DNA from: Candidatus Iainarchaeum sp.
Lineage (GTDB): Archaea > Iainarchaeota > Iainarchaeia > Iainarchaeales > UBA10219
Assembly: GCA_018304425.1 (NCBI GenBank)
Contig: JAGVWE010000004.1
Location: 123,181-187,180, forward strand
DNA length: 64,000 nt
Direction of reading: 5' to 3'
This document shows positions 31,604 through 41,245 of the stretch, in pieces; the stretch's first letter is position 1, and every line of letters begins with the position of its first letter. Below the pieces are notes generated by a model. It made no database searches. It saw only the letters and a list, made by a program, of their open reading frames with translations, and was not told where the DNA came from. A program made the translations under genes and the position numbers.

Positions 31604-31873
31604 TTAAAACTGCCTGTAAAAACTCTTCTCCGACTTTACTTTCTCGAACGCGATCCAGCGGCTCCTTCGGTCAACGCCCTTTCCGAAGCCCAGGTCGACC
31701 TTGAACAGCCGGGCAAACAGCCAGGTGGGTGCGATGCCCACCACGTACACCGCGAACAACAACACGGTGTTCACCACGGTGATGAACGCGAACCGGATGA
31801 ATTCCGCGAGTTCCTGGATGGGTTTCGGCACCACCTTCTTCAAGAACCCTGAAACGCTGTCCAATGCCTGCAT
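31604..31873 (-). CDS. SxtJ-like membrane protein
   Basis: One TM segment (NTVLLFAVYVVGIAP), SRW, C-terminal YRQF; next to the carbamoyltransferase. Confidence 0.7.
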   Translation of the reverse strand: MQALDSVSGFLKKVVPKPIQELAEFIRFAFITVVNTVLLFAVYVVGIAPTWLFARLFKVDLGFGKGVDRRSRWIAFEKVKSEKSFYRQF

Positions 31874-31913
31874 GCTGACACCAATCTGCATCCATTCAAT
31901 TCCGTAACCGTTT

Positions 31914-33011
31914 TCAAACCATGCCCTGGACGGCAAGCGCCGAGGCAAGGGCCTCCGCGGCCACCTCATGCCCGGCCGCATTCCAGTGCCCGTCCACCGG
32001 CAGGTTCAGGGCCCCTGCCTGCCTTGCCTCCTTTAGCGCCGGCAAAAGGTCCAGGACGGCCAGTCCCTGGCCTCTGGCAAACCCCTGCAAGGCCTGGTCC
32101 GGCTTCTCCAAGTCAAACCCGTTGGACTCCAACCCGAATTGCCGCCGGACGGCTTCCCATTTTTCCCCGTCATACTGCATCTGCGTGGGAATGACCACGA
32201 GCAGGGGCTCCGCCCCGGCCTCCCGCGAAACCCGCGCCATCTCGGCCACCACCGCCTGGCTGACTTCCATGCCTGCTTCGATGTCCGGCGAATAGTCTTT
32301 GCGCAGCATCTCAAACTCGTTCAAGGCAACGCCTTCCCCGCTAGCTGCCCTCGCCGCTAGGATGGTGCGGACCTGCTCGGACAGGAACGCGTACACCAAA
32401 AAGTTTTTCCGCAAAAACGACCGGAATTCAAGGGCATTCAGTTCCTCGCCCGACAACAGGGGCTTCACGCGCTTCAGCTTCCCCTCTTCCACCACGAAAA
32501 ACTTTTTCGTGAAGGAGTCAATGGCGTCATTGCCCACGTAGAACGCGATGACCACCACGTCCGGTTTGAGCTTCACGCCCTCGCGCCGCAACCAAATCAG
32601 TTCCTGGTCAGGGCCCCAGCCGAACACGCCCGCGTTGATTACCTCGACCGTTTTCCCCCGTGACTGCAACGACTCCTCGAGCCTCGCCGGAAAAGCCTCG
32701 GCCTGCTTCACGCCGTACCCGAACGGATAACTGTCCCCCAGCACGAGCACGCGTTTCACGCCCGGCCGCTTTTCCCCGACTTCCGCATCCCGGAGGCCCA
32801 GGGCATTCGTTTGAACAACCATTTCAAAGTCCCGTGCCCTGACCAAAGCGTGGTGGCTGGGAGCGAGTTTGCGCTCGAGTTCCGCATCGGGAGCATACAG
32901 CTCCGCCGCCGAGCTTATGTAGAAAATCCGGAGGGTGGCCTCAAACACCGCGAAAAACAGCACCACGGCGGCCAGGGACACCAACAGGTTCTTCCGCGTT
33001 TCCGCCTTCAT
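31914..33011 (-). CDS. Membrane-anchored SGNH/GDSL hydrolase (AlgJ/AlgX-like)
   Basis: LGDSYPFG, NAGVFGWG, GND, DGHWNAAGH; N-terminal TM. Confidence 0.88.
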   Translation of the reverse strand: MKAETRKNLLVSLAAVVLFFAVFEATLRIFYISSAAELYAPDAELERKLAPSHHALVRARDFEMVVQTNALGLRDAEVGEKRPGVKRVLVLGDSYPFGYGVKQAEAFPARLEESLQSRGKTVEVINAGVFGWGPDQELIWLRREGVKLKPDVVVIAFYVGNDAIDSFTKKFFVVEEGKLKRVKPLLSGEELNALEFRSFLRKNFLVYAFLSEQVRTILAARAASGEGVALNEFEMLRKDYSPDIEAGMEVSQAVVAEMARVSREAGAEPLLVVIPTQMQYDGEKWEAVRRQFGLESNGFDLEKPDQALQGFARGQGLAVLDLLPALKEARQAGALNLPVDGHWNAAGHEVAAEALASALAVQGMV

Positions 33012-33025
33012 GCCCGTGTCCCTTT

Positions 33026-34426
33026 TCACTTTCTTGGCTTCAGGTTGGGTTTGGTCAGCGAAGCCGCGTTCAACCAGGCCCTCAACTGTTTGCCGTCCAG
33101 CCCGCTTTCCTCTGCCAACGCCTGCCGCACGCTCTTCCCCTGCTTCTGCGCGTGCTTCACGATTTCGGCTGCCCTCGCGTACCCGAGGACGGGCGTCAAC
33201 GCCGTCGCGATGCCTGCCGAGTAATCAAAGTAGTAACCGCACGCCATCTTGTTCACCCGGATGCCACGCAGGCAGTCCCTTGCCAGGATTTTCGAGGCAT
33301 TCGCCAGGATTTGCTGGCTCCGCCCTACATTCAACACCACGGAAGGTGCGAACACATTCAACTCCAGCTGCCCACCCATCGCCGCCAAGCGCACCGCATG
33401 CGCCAGCCCGGACACCTGGAAGCACACCATGTTCACGACTTCCGGCACGCTGGGGTTGACTTTTCCCGGCATGATGCTGGAACCCGGTTCAACCTCGGGG
33501 AGTTTCAACTCGTTGAACCCCGTGTACGGCCCCGAAGCCAGCAACCGCAAGTCGTTGCACAACCGGTTCAATTCAATCGCGTATTCCTCGACGGCATTCA
33601 TCAGTTCCACGAAGTCCGCCATCGAGTTCGTGGCCTCCACCAGGTTCCGCGCGTTGCCCAGCCGCAGCCCCGTAATCTTCCGCAGGTTCTTCACCATTGC
33701 CCCCGCAAATCGCGGGTGCGAGTTCAGCCCGGTTCCCACTGCCGTTCCCCCGATGCCCAGCAGGCGCACGCTCTCGGTAGCCGTCTGAATCCGTTTCCGA
33801 GCCTTTCCCATGCCCTCCGCATACGCCGCGAACTCCTGTCCCAGCGTAATCGGCACCGCGTCCTGCAGGTGCGTGCGCGCGGACTTCAGCACGCGCCGGA
33901 ATTCCTTCGCCTTCCGCTTGCACGCGGCCTCCACCACTTCAACGCCTTCCAGCAGTTCTTCCGCTTGCTTCAAGGCCATCAGCCTTCCAGCGGTGGGGAT
34001 GACATCGTTGCTGGACTGGCCCAGGTTCACGTGGTCGTTCGGATGAACGCGGTCGTACTTTCCCTTTTTCCCGCTCAGCAACTCATTAGCGCGGTTGGCG
34101 ATGACTTCGTTGGCGTTCATGTTCCAAGGCGTTCCGCCGCCAGCCGTGAACGCATCCAATGCAAAGTCCTTGGCAAACCTTCCATGCAACGCCTCGCGCG
34201 CCGCCCTGACAATCGCAGCCCCTTTCTTCCGGTCGAGCACGCCCAGCCTGGCATTGGCCTGTGCCGCTGCGAGCTTGATTTCGAGGAGCGATTCAATCAG
34301 CAGTGGGGAAACCGGCCAGCCGCTGACCGGAAAGTTCTCCAGCGCCCGCTGGGTGAACACGCCATAATAGGCGTCCGCTGGCACTTTTTTCTTGCCCAAC
34401 GAGTCCCTTTCCACCCGGAAACGCAT
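33026..34426 (-). CDS. Class II fumarase / aspartate ammonia-lyase
   Basis: RTHLQDAVP, GSSIMPGKVNP; divergently adjacent to sdh genes. Confidence 0.9.
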   Translation of the reverse strand: MRFRVERDSLGKKKVPADAYYGVFTQRALENFPVSGWPVSPLLIESLLEIKLAAAQANARLGVLDRKKGAAIVRAAREALHGRFAKDFALDAFTAGGGTPWNMNANEVIANRANELLSGKKGKYDRVHPNDHVNLGQSSNDVIPTAGRLMALKQAEELLEGVEVVEAACKRKAKEFRRVLKSARTHLQDAVPITLGQEFAAYAEGMGKARKRIQTATESVRLLGIGGTAVGTGLNSHPRFAGAMVKNLRKITGLRLGNARNLVEATNSMADFVELMNAVEEYAIELNRLCNDLRLLASGPYTGFNELKLPEVEPGSSIMPGKVNPSVPEVVNMVCFQVSGLAHAVRLAAMGGQLELNVFAPSVVLNVGRSQQILANASKILARDCLRGIRVNKMACGYYFDYSAGIATALTPVLGYARAAEIVKHAQKQGKSVRQALAEESGLDGKQLRAWLNAASLTKPNLKPRK

Positions 34427-34490
34427 GAACCCATCCATGCAACCAAACGCCTTTAAACCCCTCTTTAGTCTATTATCAAGGGAGTTTGCC

Positions 34491-36203
34491 TTGGCTCAAC
34501 CGGCTGAAACGATTGAATCCGATGTGCTCATTGTCGGGGCGGGAGGCGCAGGCTTACGTGCCGCGATTGCCTCCCTGGACGCCGGCGCGAACACGGTCAT
34601 CCTCGGCAAGACCCTGGCCGGCAAAGCCCACACCGTCATGGCGGAAGGAGGCATCAACGCCGCGCTGGGCAACCTCGACCCCCAGGACAGCTGGCTCGTC
34701 CACGCCAAGGACACCATGGAGGAAGGCATCAACCTCTCCGACTGGCGCATCGTCGAAAAGATGTGCCGCGAGGCCCCGCAAGCCATCTCCGAACTAGAAT
34801 CCTATGGCGCCATCTTCGACCGCACCCCGGACGGGAAAATCATGCAGCGCCCCTTTGGCGCGCACACGTACCGGCGCACCTGCCACATTGGGGACATGAC
34901 CGGCCTCGAAATGATGCACGTGCTCGTCGAACAAGTGCAGAAGCGCAATGGCCGCCTCATCGACGAAGTCTACTTGACTGACTTGCTCGTGGACGGCAAC
35001 CGCTGCGTGGGCGCGGTCGGCTATGACTTGAAGAAGGGAAAGCTCCTGCAATTCAATGCGCGCGCGGTCATCCTCGCAACGGGGGGTTATGCGCGCGCCT
35101 ACAAGCGCAACTCCAACGCCTGGGAGAACACGGGGGACGGAATCGCCATGGCCTACCACGTGGGAGCCATCCTCATGGACCTGGAGATGCTGCAATTCCA
35201 TCCCACGGGCATGATTTGGCCGCCCAGCGCTTCCGGTATCCTGGTAACGGAGTCCGTGCGCGGCGAGGGCGGGTTGTTGTTCAACGCGAAGGGCGAGCGC
35301 TTCATGCCCAAGTACGACGCCAAGCGACTCGAGCTTTCCGCCCGCGACGTGGTCGCGCGCGCCATCTACAACGAAATCCTGGCGGGAAGGGGCACGGAGC
35401 ATGGCGGGGTGTGGCTGGACGTCACGCATCTTCCCGCCGAAAAGATCCTCAAGAAGCTGCCCCGCATGCACAAGCAGTTCCTCGAGTACGCTGGAGTGGA
35501 CATCACCAAAGAAAAAATGGAGGTCGCGCCGACCGCGCACTACGCCATGGGCGGCATCAAGGTGGACCCGGCTACGAACAGGTCCAACGTACTCGGCCTC
35601 TTCGCGGTCGGCGAGGTCTCCGCGGGCGTGCACGGCGGCAACCGTCTGGGGGGAAATTCCTTGACCGAGCTCCTGGTGTTTGGCAAGCAAGCCGGCCAGG
35701 CCGCGGCTGCGTACGCGCTCCAGCAGTCGCCCGCGAAACCCGACGCCAAACAAGTCGAAGAAAAACTTGCGCAGATTACCGCGCCCCTCGAACGCAGGGA
35801 AGGCGTAAAGCCCGCCGAGCTCCGCGACCGCATCCGGGAAGCCATGTGGAAGGGCGTTGGGGTCAAGCGCACGGAAACCGGCTTGAAGCAAGCCATCGCC
35901 GAACTCGAAGCCGTCAAGGCCCTCGCACCCTCAATGAAGGTCTCCGGTTCCCTGGTCTACAACCAGGACCTCAACACGGCCATGGACGTCCGCAACATGC
36001 TGGTCGCGGCGGAGGCCACGGCGCGCGCGGCCCTCTACCGCGAGGAATCGCGTGGCGCGCACTATCGGGAGGACTTCCCGGAAACCAATGACGGAGTCTG
36101 GCGCGTGAACATCGTGATGTCCAAGGGCTTCAAGGGCTTCAATTTAAGCGTTTACCCTGTGCCCAGGCCGGAGGGCGAACTGGCGAAGGCAATCAAATGG
36201 TAG
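34491..36203 (+). CDS. sdhA: Succinate dehydrogenase/fumarate reductase flavoprotein
   Basis: GKAHTVMAEGG, QFHPTG, ESVRGEG, HGGNRLGGNSL; TTG start after an AGGGAG Shine-Dalgarno. Confidence 0.93.
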   Translation: MAQPAETIESDVLIVGAGGAGLRAAIASLDAGANTVILGKTLAGKAHTVMAEGGINAALGNLDPQDSWLVHAKDTMEEGINLSDWRIVEKMCREAPQAISELESYGAIFDRTPDGKIMQRPFGAHTYRRTCHIGDMTGLEMMHVLVEQVQKRNGRLIDEVYLTDLLVDGNRCVGAVGYDLKKGKLLQFNARAVILATGGYARAYKRNSNAWENTGDGIAMAYHVGAILMDLEMLQFHPTGMIWPPSASGILVTESVRGEGGLLFNAKGERFMPKYDAKRLELSARDVVARAIYNEILAGRGTEHGGVWLDVTHLPAEKILKKLPRMHKQFLEYAGVDITKEKMEVAPTAHYAMGGIKVDPATNRSNVLGLFAVGEVSAGVHGGNRLGGNSLTELLVFGKQAGQAAAAYALQQSPAKPDAKQVEEKLAQITAPLERREGVKPAELRDRIREAMWKGVGVKRTETGLKQAIAELEAVKALAPSMKVSGSLVYNQDLNTAMDVRNMLVAAEATARAALYREESRGAHYREDFPETNDGVWRVNIVMSKGFKGFNLSVYPVPRPEGELAKAIKW

Positions 36204-36213
36204 GGGGAGTTGC

Positions 36214-36939
36214 ATGAAGGTACGCGTTTACCGCAGTGACGCCCGGCAACGGGACGCCAAACTCATAGCCTACGACGTCCCCTACACCAAGGGTATGCGC
36301 GTCCTCACCGCGCTTGAGTTCATCCAGGAACACCTCGACCCCACGCTTTCCTTCCGCTGGAACTGTGGGGCCGGCCAGTGCGGGAGCTGTGCCGCGGAAG
36401 TCAACGGCAAGCCGGTGCTCACCTGCAAGACCGAAATCCGGGAGGGCATGCAGGACCTCTCCGTTTTTCCCCTGAAAGTCTTTCCCCCCGTCAAGGACCT
36501 CGTCGTCGACTTCGCCCCCGCGCAAAAGAAGCTCAAGGACCTGCGCGCCCACTTCACGCCCGCGCGCGAGAAAAAGCCCGGCGAATTCTATCGCCTGCAG
36601 GAATGGCAGGTGCAGGCCGCGCAGGAAATGCGCAAGTGCATTGACTGCTTCATCTGCTATGACGTCTGCCACGTCTTGCGCGACGCGCCGCACCTCAACT
36701 TCGTTGGACCACGCAACCTCGTCAAGGCGGCGGCCCAGGAATTCCATCCCCTGAACGTGGTCAACCGCGCGCCCCTCGTCGAGCAAGGCGGCTTGTCCGC
36801 CTGCAATGTCACCCGCTGCTGCACCGAGTCCTGCCCGCAAGGCATTCAAATCACGCAGAACGCCATCATCCCCTTCAAGGAACGCGTCATCAGCTCCAAA
36901 GACCCCTTCGAAAAACTCCTGAAGAAGGTGCTTAAATGA
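36214..36939 (+). CDS. sdhB: Succinate dehydrogenase/fumarate reductase Fe-S subunit
   Basis: CGAGQCGSC, CIDCFICYDVC, CNVTRCCTESCP. Confidence 0.93.
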   Translation: MKVRVYRSDARQRDAKLIAYDVPYTKGMRVLTALEFIQEHLDPTLSFRWNCGAGQCGSCAAEVNGKPVLTCKTEIREGMQDLSVFPLKVFPPVKDLVVDFAPAQKKLKDLRAHFTPAREKKPGEFYRLQEWQVQAAQEMRKCIDCFICYDVCHVLRDAPHLNFVGPRNLVKAAAQEFHPLNVVNRAPLVEQGGLSACNVTRCCTESCPQGIQITQNAIIPFKERVISSKDPFEKLLKKVLK

Positions 36940-37931
36940 GGAAACTCTTCTTTCTCGCTCTCGCCTTCTTGCTGTTGGTTCCCACCGTGTCAGCGCACTA
37001 CGGCATCTTCCATAACTACAAGGGGCCCTACGTCTTCCTCTGGGTGGCCCTCCTGCTCGTGGCCCTGTTCCTCTACGAAAACCTGGGGGACACGCCGCTG
37101 GGGCACGCCATCCTGTTCAGCGGCCTGCTCGGCAGCCTTTACCCCTCCCTTGCTTCTCCCCACCAGGAACTTACCGCCCAAGGCTGGCAAACACTCGCCC
37201 TCCTGGTCATCGCGTGCTTTGCGTTCTTCTTGGGCCGTGCCCGGCTCGCGAAAAAACAAGCCGGTCACGCCGCCGTTTTCGTTCTCTTTATTCTCATCGC
37301 GCTCGCATTCCTGTCCTTGAATGCCCTGGCGCACAGCCAAGCCGACTTGTTCCCGGAAGAACATTACACCGAGCCCGAGGTAGCCTTGGCCGGCAAGCCC
37401 TGGTATGCCAGTGCATTGTATTGGGGGTGGCTCAGCCACGACTCCATTCACTGGTGGTTTATTCTCCTCATGCTGTGGACCTGCTACCACTTCCGCTTCG
37501 CGGCGGGCCGGCTGGTCCTAGGACATCCCAGGCAATGTGGCGCCCTCGCCATGGACAAGGGCTACGGAGGCGAGCGCCGCCTGCATGCTTACCACCGCTA
37601 CTTCTGGTTCGCGAACGTCCTGCTCATCGCCATCCACTGGCATGAAGTGCTTCCCAGCTGGCTGTTCAACGCGCCCTACACCTATACCTACCAATACCAA
37701 CTGCTTGGACAGTATACGGAACTTGCCTACCTCGTGTTCTTCTCCCTGTGGCTGCTGTCCTGCCACGTCTTCAAGTACGCCTTGAACCGGCCCCTCTGCG
37801 AGGCCTGTCCCTCGCGTGCTTCCATTGCGGCAGCCCACACGGTTGACCAGGCCAACCTCTGGCACGGGGTCTTCCTATGGCTGGCCCTGGCCTCCATGCT
37901 CGCGTTGTTGCTCGTGGAAGGGCACTTGTAA
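36936..37931 (+). CDS. Putative Sdh1-type (Rv0249c-like) membrane anchor
   Basis: TCYHFR, GYGGE..HRYFWF, LSCH, NLWH..LW; multiple TMs; ATGA-coupled to sdhB. Confidence 0.7.
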   Translation: MRKLFFLALAFLLLVPTVSAHYGIFHNYKGPYVFLWVALLLVALFLYENLGDTPLGHAILFSGLLGSLYPSLASPHQELTAQGWQTLALLVIACFAFFLGRARLAKKQAGHAAVFVLFILIALAFLSLNALAHSQADLFPEEHYTEPEVALAGKPWYASALYWGWLSHDSIHWWFILLMLWTCYHFRFAAGRLVLGHPRQCGALAMDKGYGGERRLHAYHRYFWFANVLLIAIHWHEVLPSWLFNAPYTYTYQYQLLGQYTELAYLVFFSLWLLSCHVFKYALNRPLCEACPSRASIAAAHTVDQANLWHGVFLWLALASMLALLLVEGHL

Positions 37932-37936
37932 AAAAA

Positions 37937-38425
37937 TCAGACGCCCACTTCAACAATTTCGCGTCCCCACAACTCGCGCACCTTGTCCTCGACTTCCTTG
38001 AACTCATTGGGGCAGGAGCCCTTGCAAACGACTGTCTTTGTGGCTTCGCCGAAGTTCACCGAAATCTGGTACGTAGTCGCGTCGGCCAGGCTCTCGTCCT
38101 CGTAGGCCGCGTTCAGGTTCATGAAACCATTCGACAACAGCAACTGCTTCAACTCCAGGGCCTTTTCCGGGGTGACCCGCGCTTCCTCCGCCACCGGGGG
38201 CTTGCCTTGCTCTTCGGCCGCGTACTGGACTCTCCCCGAGTCCTCGATGGCCACGCTCGCCGTCGAAAACGGCGCTTGCACGGTCAACTCGACCCGGTAG
38301 TTCTGCATGGGCGGCGACCACGGCGGCTGGGCGTTCCCCTGCGACTGCGTTCCGCCCTGTGGTGGCTGCATACAGCCCGCAGCCAGCAACGCCAACACGA
38401 TTCCCACTATCCAAACCCATTTCAT
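37937..38425 (-). CDS. Putative lipoprotein
   Basis: MKWVWIVGIVLALLAAGC lipobox. Confidence 0.75.
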   Translation of the reverse strand: MKWVWIVGIVLALLAAGCMQPPQGGTQSQGNAQPPWSPPMQNYRVELTVQAPFSTASVAIEDSGRVQYAAEEQGKPPVAEEARVTPEKALELKQLLLSNGFMNLNAAYEDESLADATTYQISVNFGEATKTVVCKGSCPNEFKEVEDKVRELWGREIVEVGV

Positions 38426-39876
38426 TTTTTCCCTCCCTTCTTGAACGGCAAATGCGTGCACTCGCCGAGTGCGTCCTCGCAGGCTTCGGCAATCATTTCC
38501 GACAGCGTGGGGTGCGGGTGAATGGTGTGCGCGACGTCCTCGAGCAGCGCCCCACACTCAATCGCCAGCGAGGCCTCGCTGATGAGGTTGCTGGCCTGCA
38601 CGCCCACGATGGACACGCCCAACAACTCATGGGTCTTGGCGTCCCCCACCACTTTCACGAAGCCCTCGGAACGGTTCACGCTCAACGCGCGACCCGAAGC
38701 GCTGTACGGGAACTTGCCCACCACGACGCTGCGGCCCTTTTGCCGGGCCTCGGCTTCGCCCAGCCCGGCCACGGCCAGCTCGGGGCTCGAAAACACGACC
38801 AGGGGCACGCAACGGTTGTCGAACGCGGACTTGAGCCCGGCAAGGGCTTCCGCGGCCACCTTGCCCTGTCGGTATGCCTTGTGCGCCAGGGCGGGGCCCG
38901 GCGTAATGTCTCCGACGGCGAAGATACTCGAATCCGTCGTGCGCCCCTGCGCGTCCACCTTGATGAGCCCCTTCTCGTCCAATTGCACGCGCGTGTTCTC
39001 CAGCTTCAAGGCCCTGGCATCCGTCTTCCGCCCCACCGCGACCAGCACCTTGTCTGCACTCACTTCCAGCTTCCCGTTCGCGGTCTCCACTTGCACGACG
39101 AGCTTCTTGCCTTTTTTTTCGACTCCCGTGGCCTTGGCCTTGGTGACGATCTTGACGCCCGCAGCCCGGATGCGCTGCTCGACCACCGCGACCAGGTCCG
39201 GGTCCAGGCCCGGCAGAATCCGTTCCCCGAATTCAATCAACGTAACCCTGCTGCCGAACCGCTGGAACGCCGTGCCCAACTCCACCCCAATGTAGCCGCC
39301 GCCCACGACCACGAACTCTTCGGGCGCGAAGTCCAGGTCCAACGCTTCCGCAGAACTCAACACGGTTGAGCCGTCGAAGGCCAGCCCCGGCAAGGAAATG
39401 GGGGAACCGCCCGTGGCAATGATGCATTTCTTGAACTCCACGGCGTGAATCGAGGCCTTCTCGCCTTCGATGCCGACGCGGTTCGAGGACTGGAAAAAGG
39501 CCTTGCCCGTAATGGTTTCGACGCCGAGTTGCGTGAAAAGCCCCGCGATGCCCGTGTCCAGTTTCCGGACGACGTTGTTCTTCCACTCCTGGAGTTTCTT
39601 CAAGTCCACGGCGCCCTTCCCGCAACCCTTGCCCACGTCAAAGCCCAGGGCCATCGCGTTTTCAAGGGTGGAGGCAACCGTCGAAGCATAGATGATGGCC
39701 TTCGAGGGAATGCAGCCCGCGTGCAAACAAACGCCTCCCAGGCCCTGGATGCCCGCAGGGTCGATAACCACCACGTGCTTGCCCAGCTGCGCGGCCCGGA
39801 TGGCGGCCACGTAGCCCCCCGGCCCGGCGCCAAGCACGGCGACGTCGAACTGCTCGGCAAGTTCGCCCATAACCAT
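38422..39876 (-). CDS. lpdA: Dihydrolipoamide dehydrogenase (E3)
   Basis: GGVCLHAGCIPSK, HPHPTLSE. Confidence 0.96.
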   Translation of the reverse strand: MVMGELAEQFDVAVLGAGPGGYVAAIRAAQLGKHVVVIDPAGIQGLGGVCLHAGCIPSKAIIYASTVASTLENAMALGFDVGKGCGKGAVDLKKLQEWKNNVVRKLDTGIAGLFTQLGVETITGKAFFQSSNRVGIEGEKASIHAVEFKKCIIATGGSPISLPGLAFDGSTVLSSAEALDLDFAPEEFVVVGGGYIGVELGTAFQRFGSRVTLIEFGERILPGLDPDLVAVVEQRIRAAGVKIVTKAKATGVEKKGKKLVVQVETANGKLEVSADKVLVAVGRKTDARALKLENTRVQLDEKGLIKVDAQGRTTDSSIFAVGDITPGPALAHKAYRQGKVAAEALAGLKSAFDNRCVPLVVFSSPELAVAGLGEAEARQKGRSVVVGKFPYSASGRALSVNRSEGFVKVVGDAKTHELLGVSIVGVQASNLISEASLAIECGALLEDVAHTIHPHPTLSEMIAEACEDALGECTHLPFKKGGKK

Positions 39877-39877
39877 G

Positions 39878-41245
39878 CTATATGACCTCCAAGAGCATGG
39901 CATAGGGGTCTTCCAAATGCTTTTTAACCTCGTTCACGAACCGCGCCGCCAGGGCCCCGTCCACCACGCGGTGGTCAAAGGAGAGGCTCACGTTCATCAC
40001 GTGCCGCAAGAGTATCCGGTCTTCGACTACGCGCGGCAGCTTCCGAATCGTGCCCAGCGCCAGGATGGCGACTTCCGGGTAGTTGACCACGGCAATGCCT
40101 CCGATGCCGCCCACCGAACCAATGTTCGTAATCGTGAAGGTGCCCCCCCGTAGGTCCCCCAAGGCAATCTTCCGCTCCCTGGCCAGCGCAGCTTTCTCCG
40201 AAATCTCTTTCGCGATTTCGAGGATGCTCTTCTGGTCCGCGTCCTTGACGACGGGCACCATCAACCCGTCCGGCGTGTCCACGGCGATTCCAACGTTGTA
40301 ATACTTTTTCAGCACGATTTCCTGTTTCCCCTCGTCGAGGCTCGCGTTCACGTACGGGAACTCCTTCAACGCGTGCGCGACCGCTTTCGCGATGAACGCC
40401 AGGTAGGTCAGTTTCACGCCCTGCCTTTCCGCGCGCGCCTTCTCCTTCTCGCGCGCCTCCACCAACTCGCTGACGTCCACTTCGTCGAATTGCACGGCAG
40501 TGGGCACCATCCAGTTGCTGCGCGACATGTTTTCCGCGATTTTCTTCCGCAACCCCTTCAAGGCCACGCGCTCCTCTTCCCCGGTCGCCAGCCACGACGC
40601 CTTCTCAAACGCGGGCAACGCCATGCCCCCCGCCGCGGCCGCCCCTGCTTGCGGTGACACGCTTCCCCCTCCCCCCGCAAACCGTTTCACGTCCTCGTCG
40701 GTAATCCTTCCAGCCGGCCCGGTGCCGGGCACGCGTTTAATGTCCACTCCCAGCTCGCGGGCCAGTTGCCGGGTGTGCGGCATGGCCAGCACCTGGCTGG
40801 GAACCTGCATGGGCTCAAAGGCGGCTGCCGATGCGTCAGCCGAGTAGGCGGCCACCTTCGGGGCCCCCGGCACCGCAGGCGTGCCCCCTCTCGCCATGCT
40901 CGAGGGGGCGGTAGGCTGGGCCTTGGAAACGGTTGCAGTCGGCGCCTTCGCCTGGGCAGCCGGAGGCGTAACCGCCGGAGCCGCCGCAGGCCCCGCATAC
41001 TTTTCCCCTGCCGAGCCAATCGTCACCAGGACTTCGCCGACCTTGATGGTGTCCCCGACCTTCGCGTGCAACTTGAGCACGGTTCCGGCTTTCGGGCACG
41101 GGATTTCAACGACGGCTTTGTCGGTTTCCACGTTGGCAATGGCTTGGTCGGCCTTGACGACATCGCCTTCCTTCACGAGCCACTCCACCAGTTCCCCTTC
41201 GTGGATGCCTTCGCCGACGTCCGGGAACTTGAAGTCAAAAGCCAT
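39878..41245 (-). CDS. pdhC: 2-oxoacid dehydrogenase E2 acyltransferase
   Basis: Lipoyl VETDKA, E3-binding GTGPAGRIT, DHRVVDG. Confidence 0.94.
   Translation of the reverse strand: MAFDFKFPDVGEGIHEGELVEWLVKEGDVVKADQAIANVETDKAVVEIPCPKAGTVLKLHAKVGDTIKVGEVLVTIGSAGEKYAGPAAAPAVTPPAAQAKAPTATVSKAQPTAPSSMARGGTPAVPGAPKVAAYSADASAAAFEPMQVPSQVLAMPHTRQLARELGVDIKRVPGTGPAGRITDEDVKRFAGGGGSVSPQAGAAAAGGMALPAFEKASWLATGEEERVALKGLRKKIAENMSRSNWMVPTAVQFDEVDVSELVEAREKEKARAERQGVKLTYLAFIAKAVAHALKEFPYVNASLDEGKQEIVLKKYYNVGIAVDTPDGLMVPVVKDADQKSILEIAKEISEKAALARERKIALGDLRGGTFTITNIGSVGGIGGIAVVNYPEVAILALGTIRKLPRVVEDRILLRHVMNVSLSFDHRVVDGALAARFVNEVKKHLEDPYAMLLEVI
40823..40917. repeat. Copy of the hairpin repeat, in-frame in the E2 linker
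   Basis: Blocks of 24/25, 22/25 and 17/18 nt identical to 7641-7733. Confidence 0.88.

Noticed and set aside
29718-33011. Saxitoxin biosynthesis
   Set aside because: Core sxtA/sxtG and other pathway genes are absent from the window
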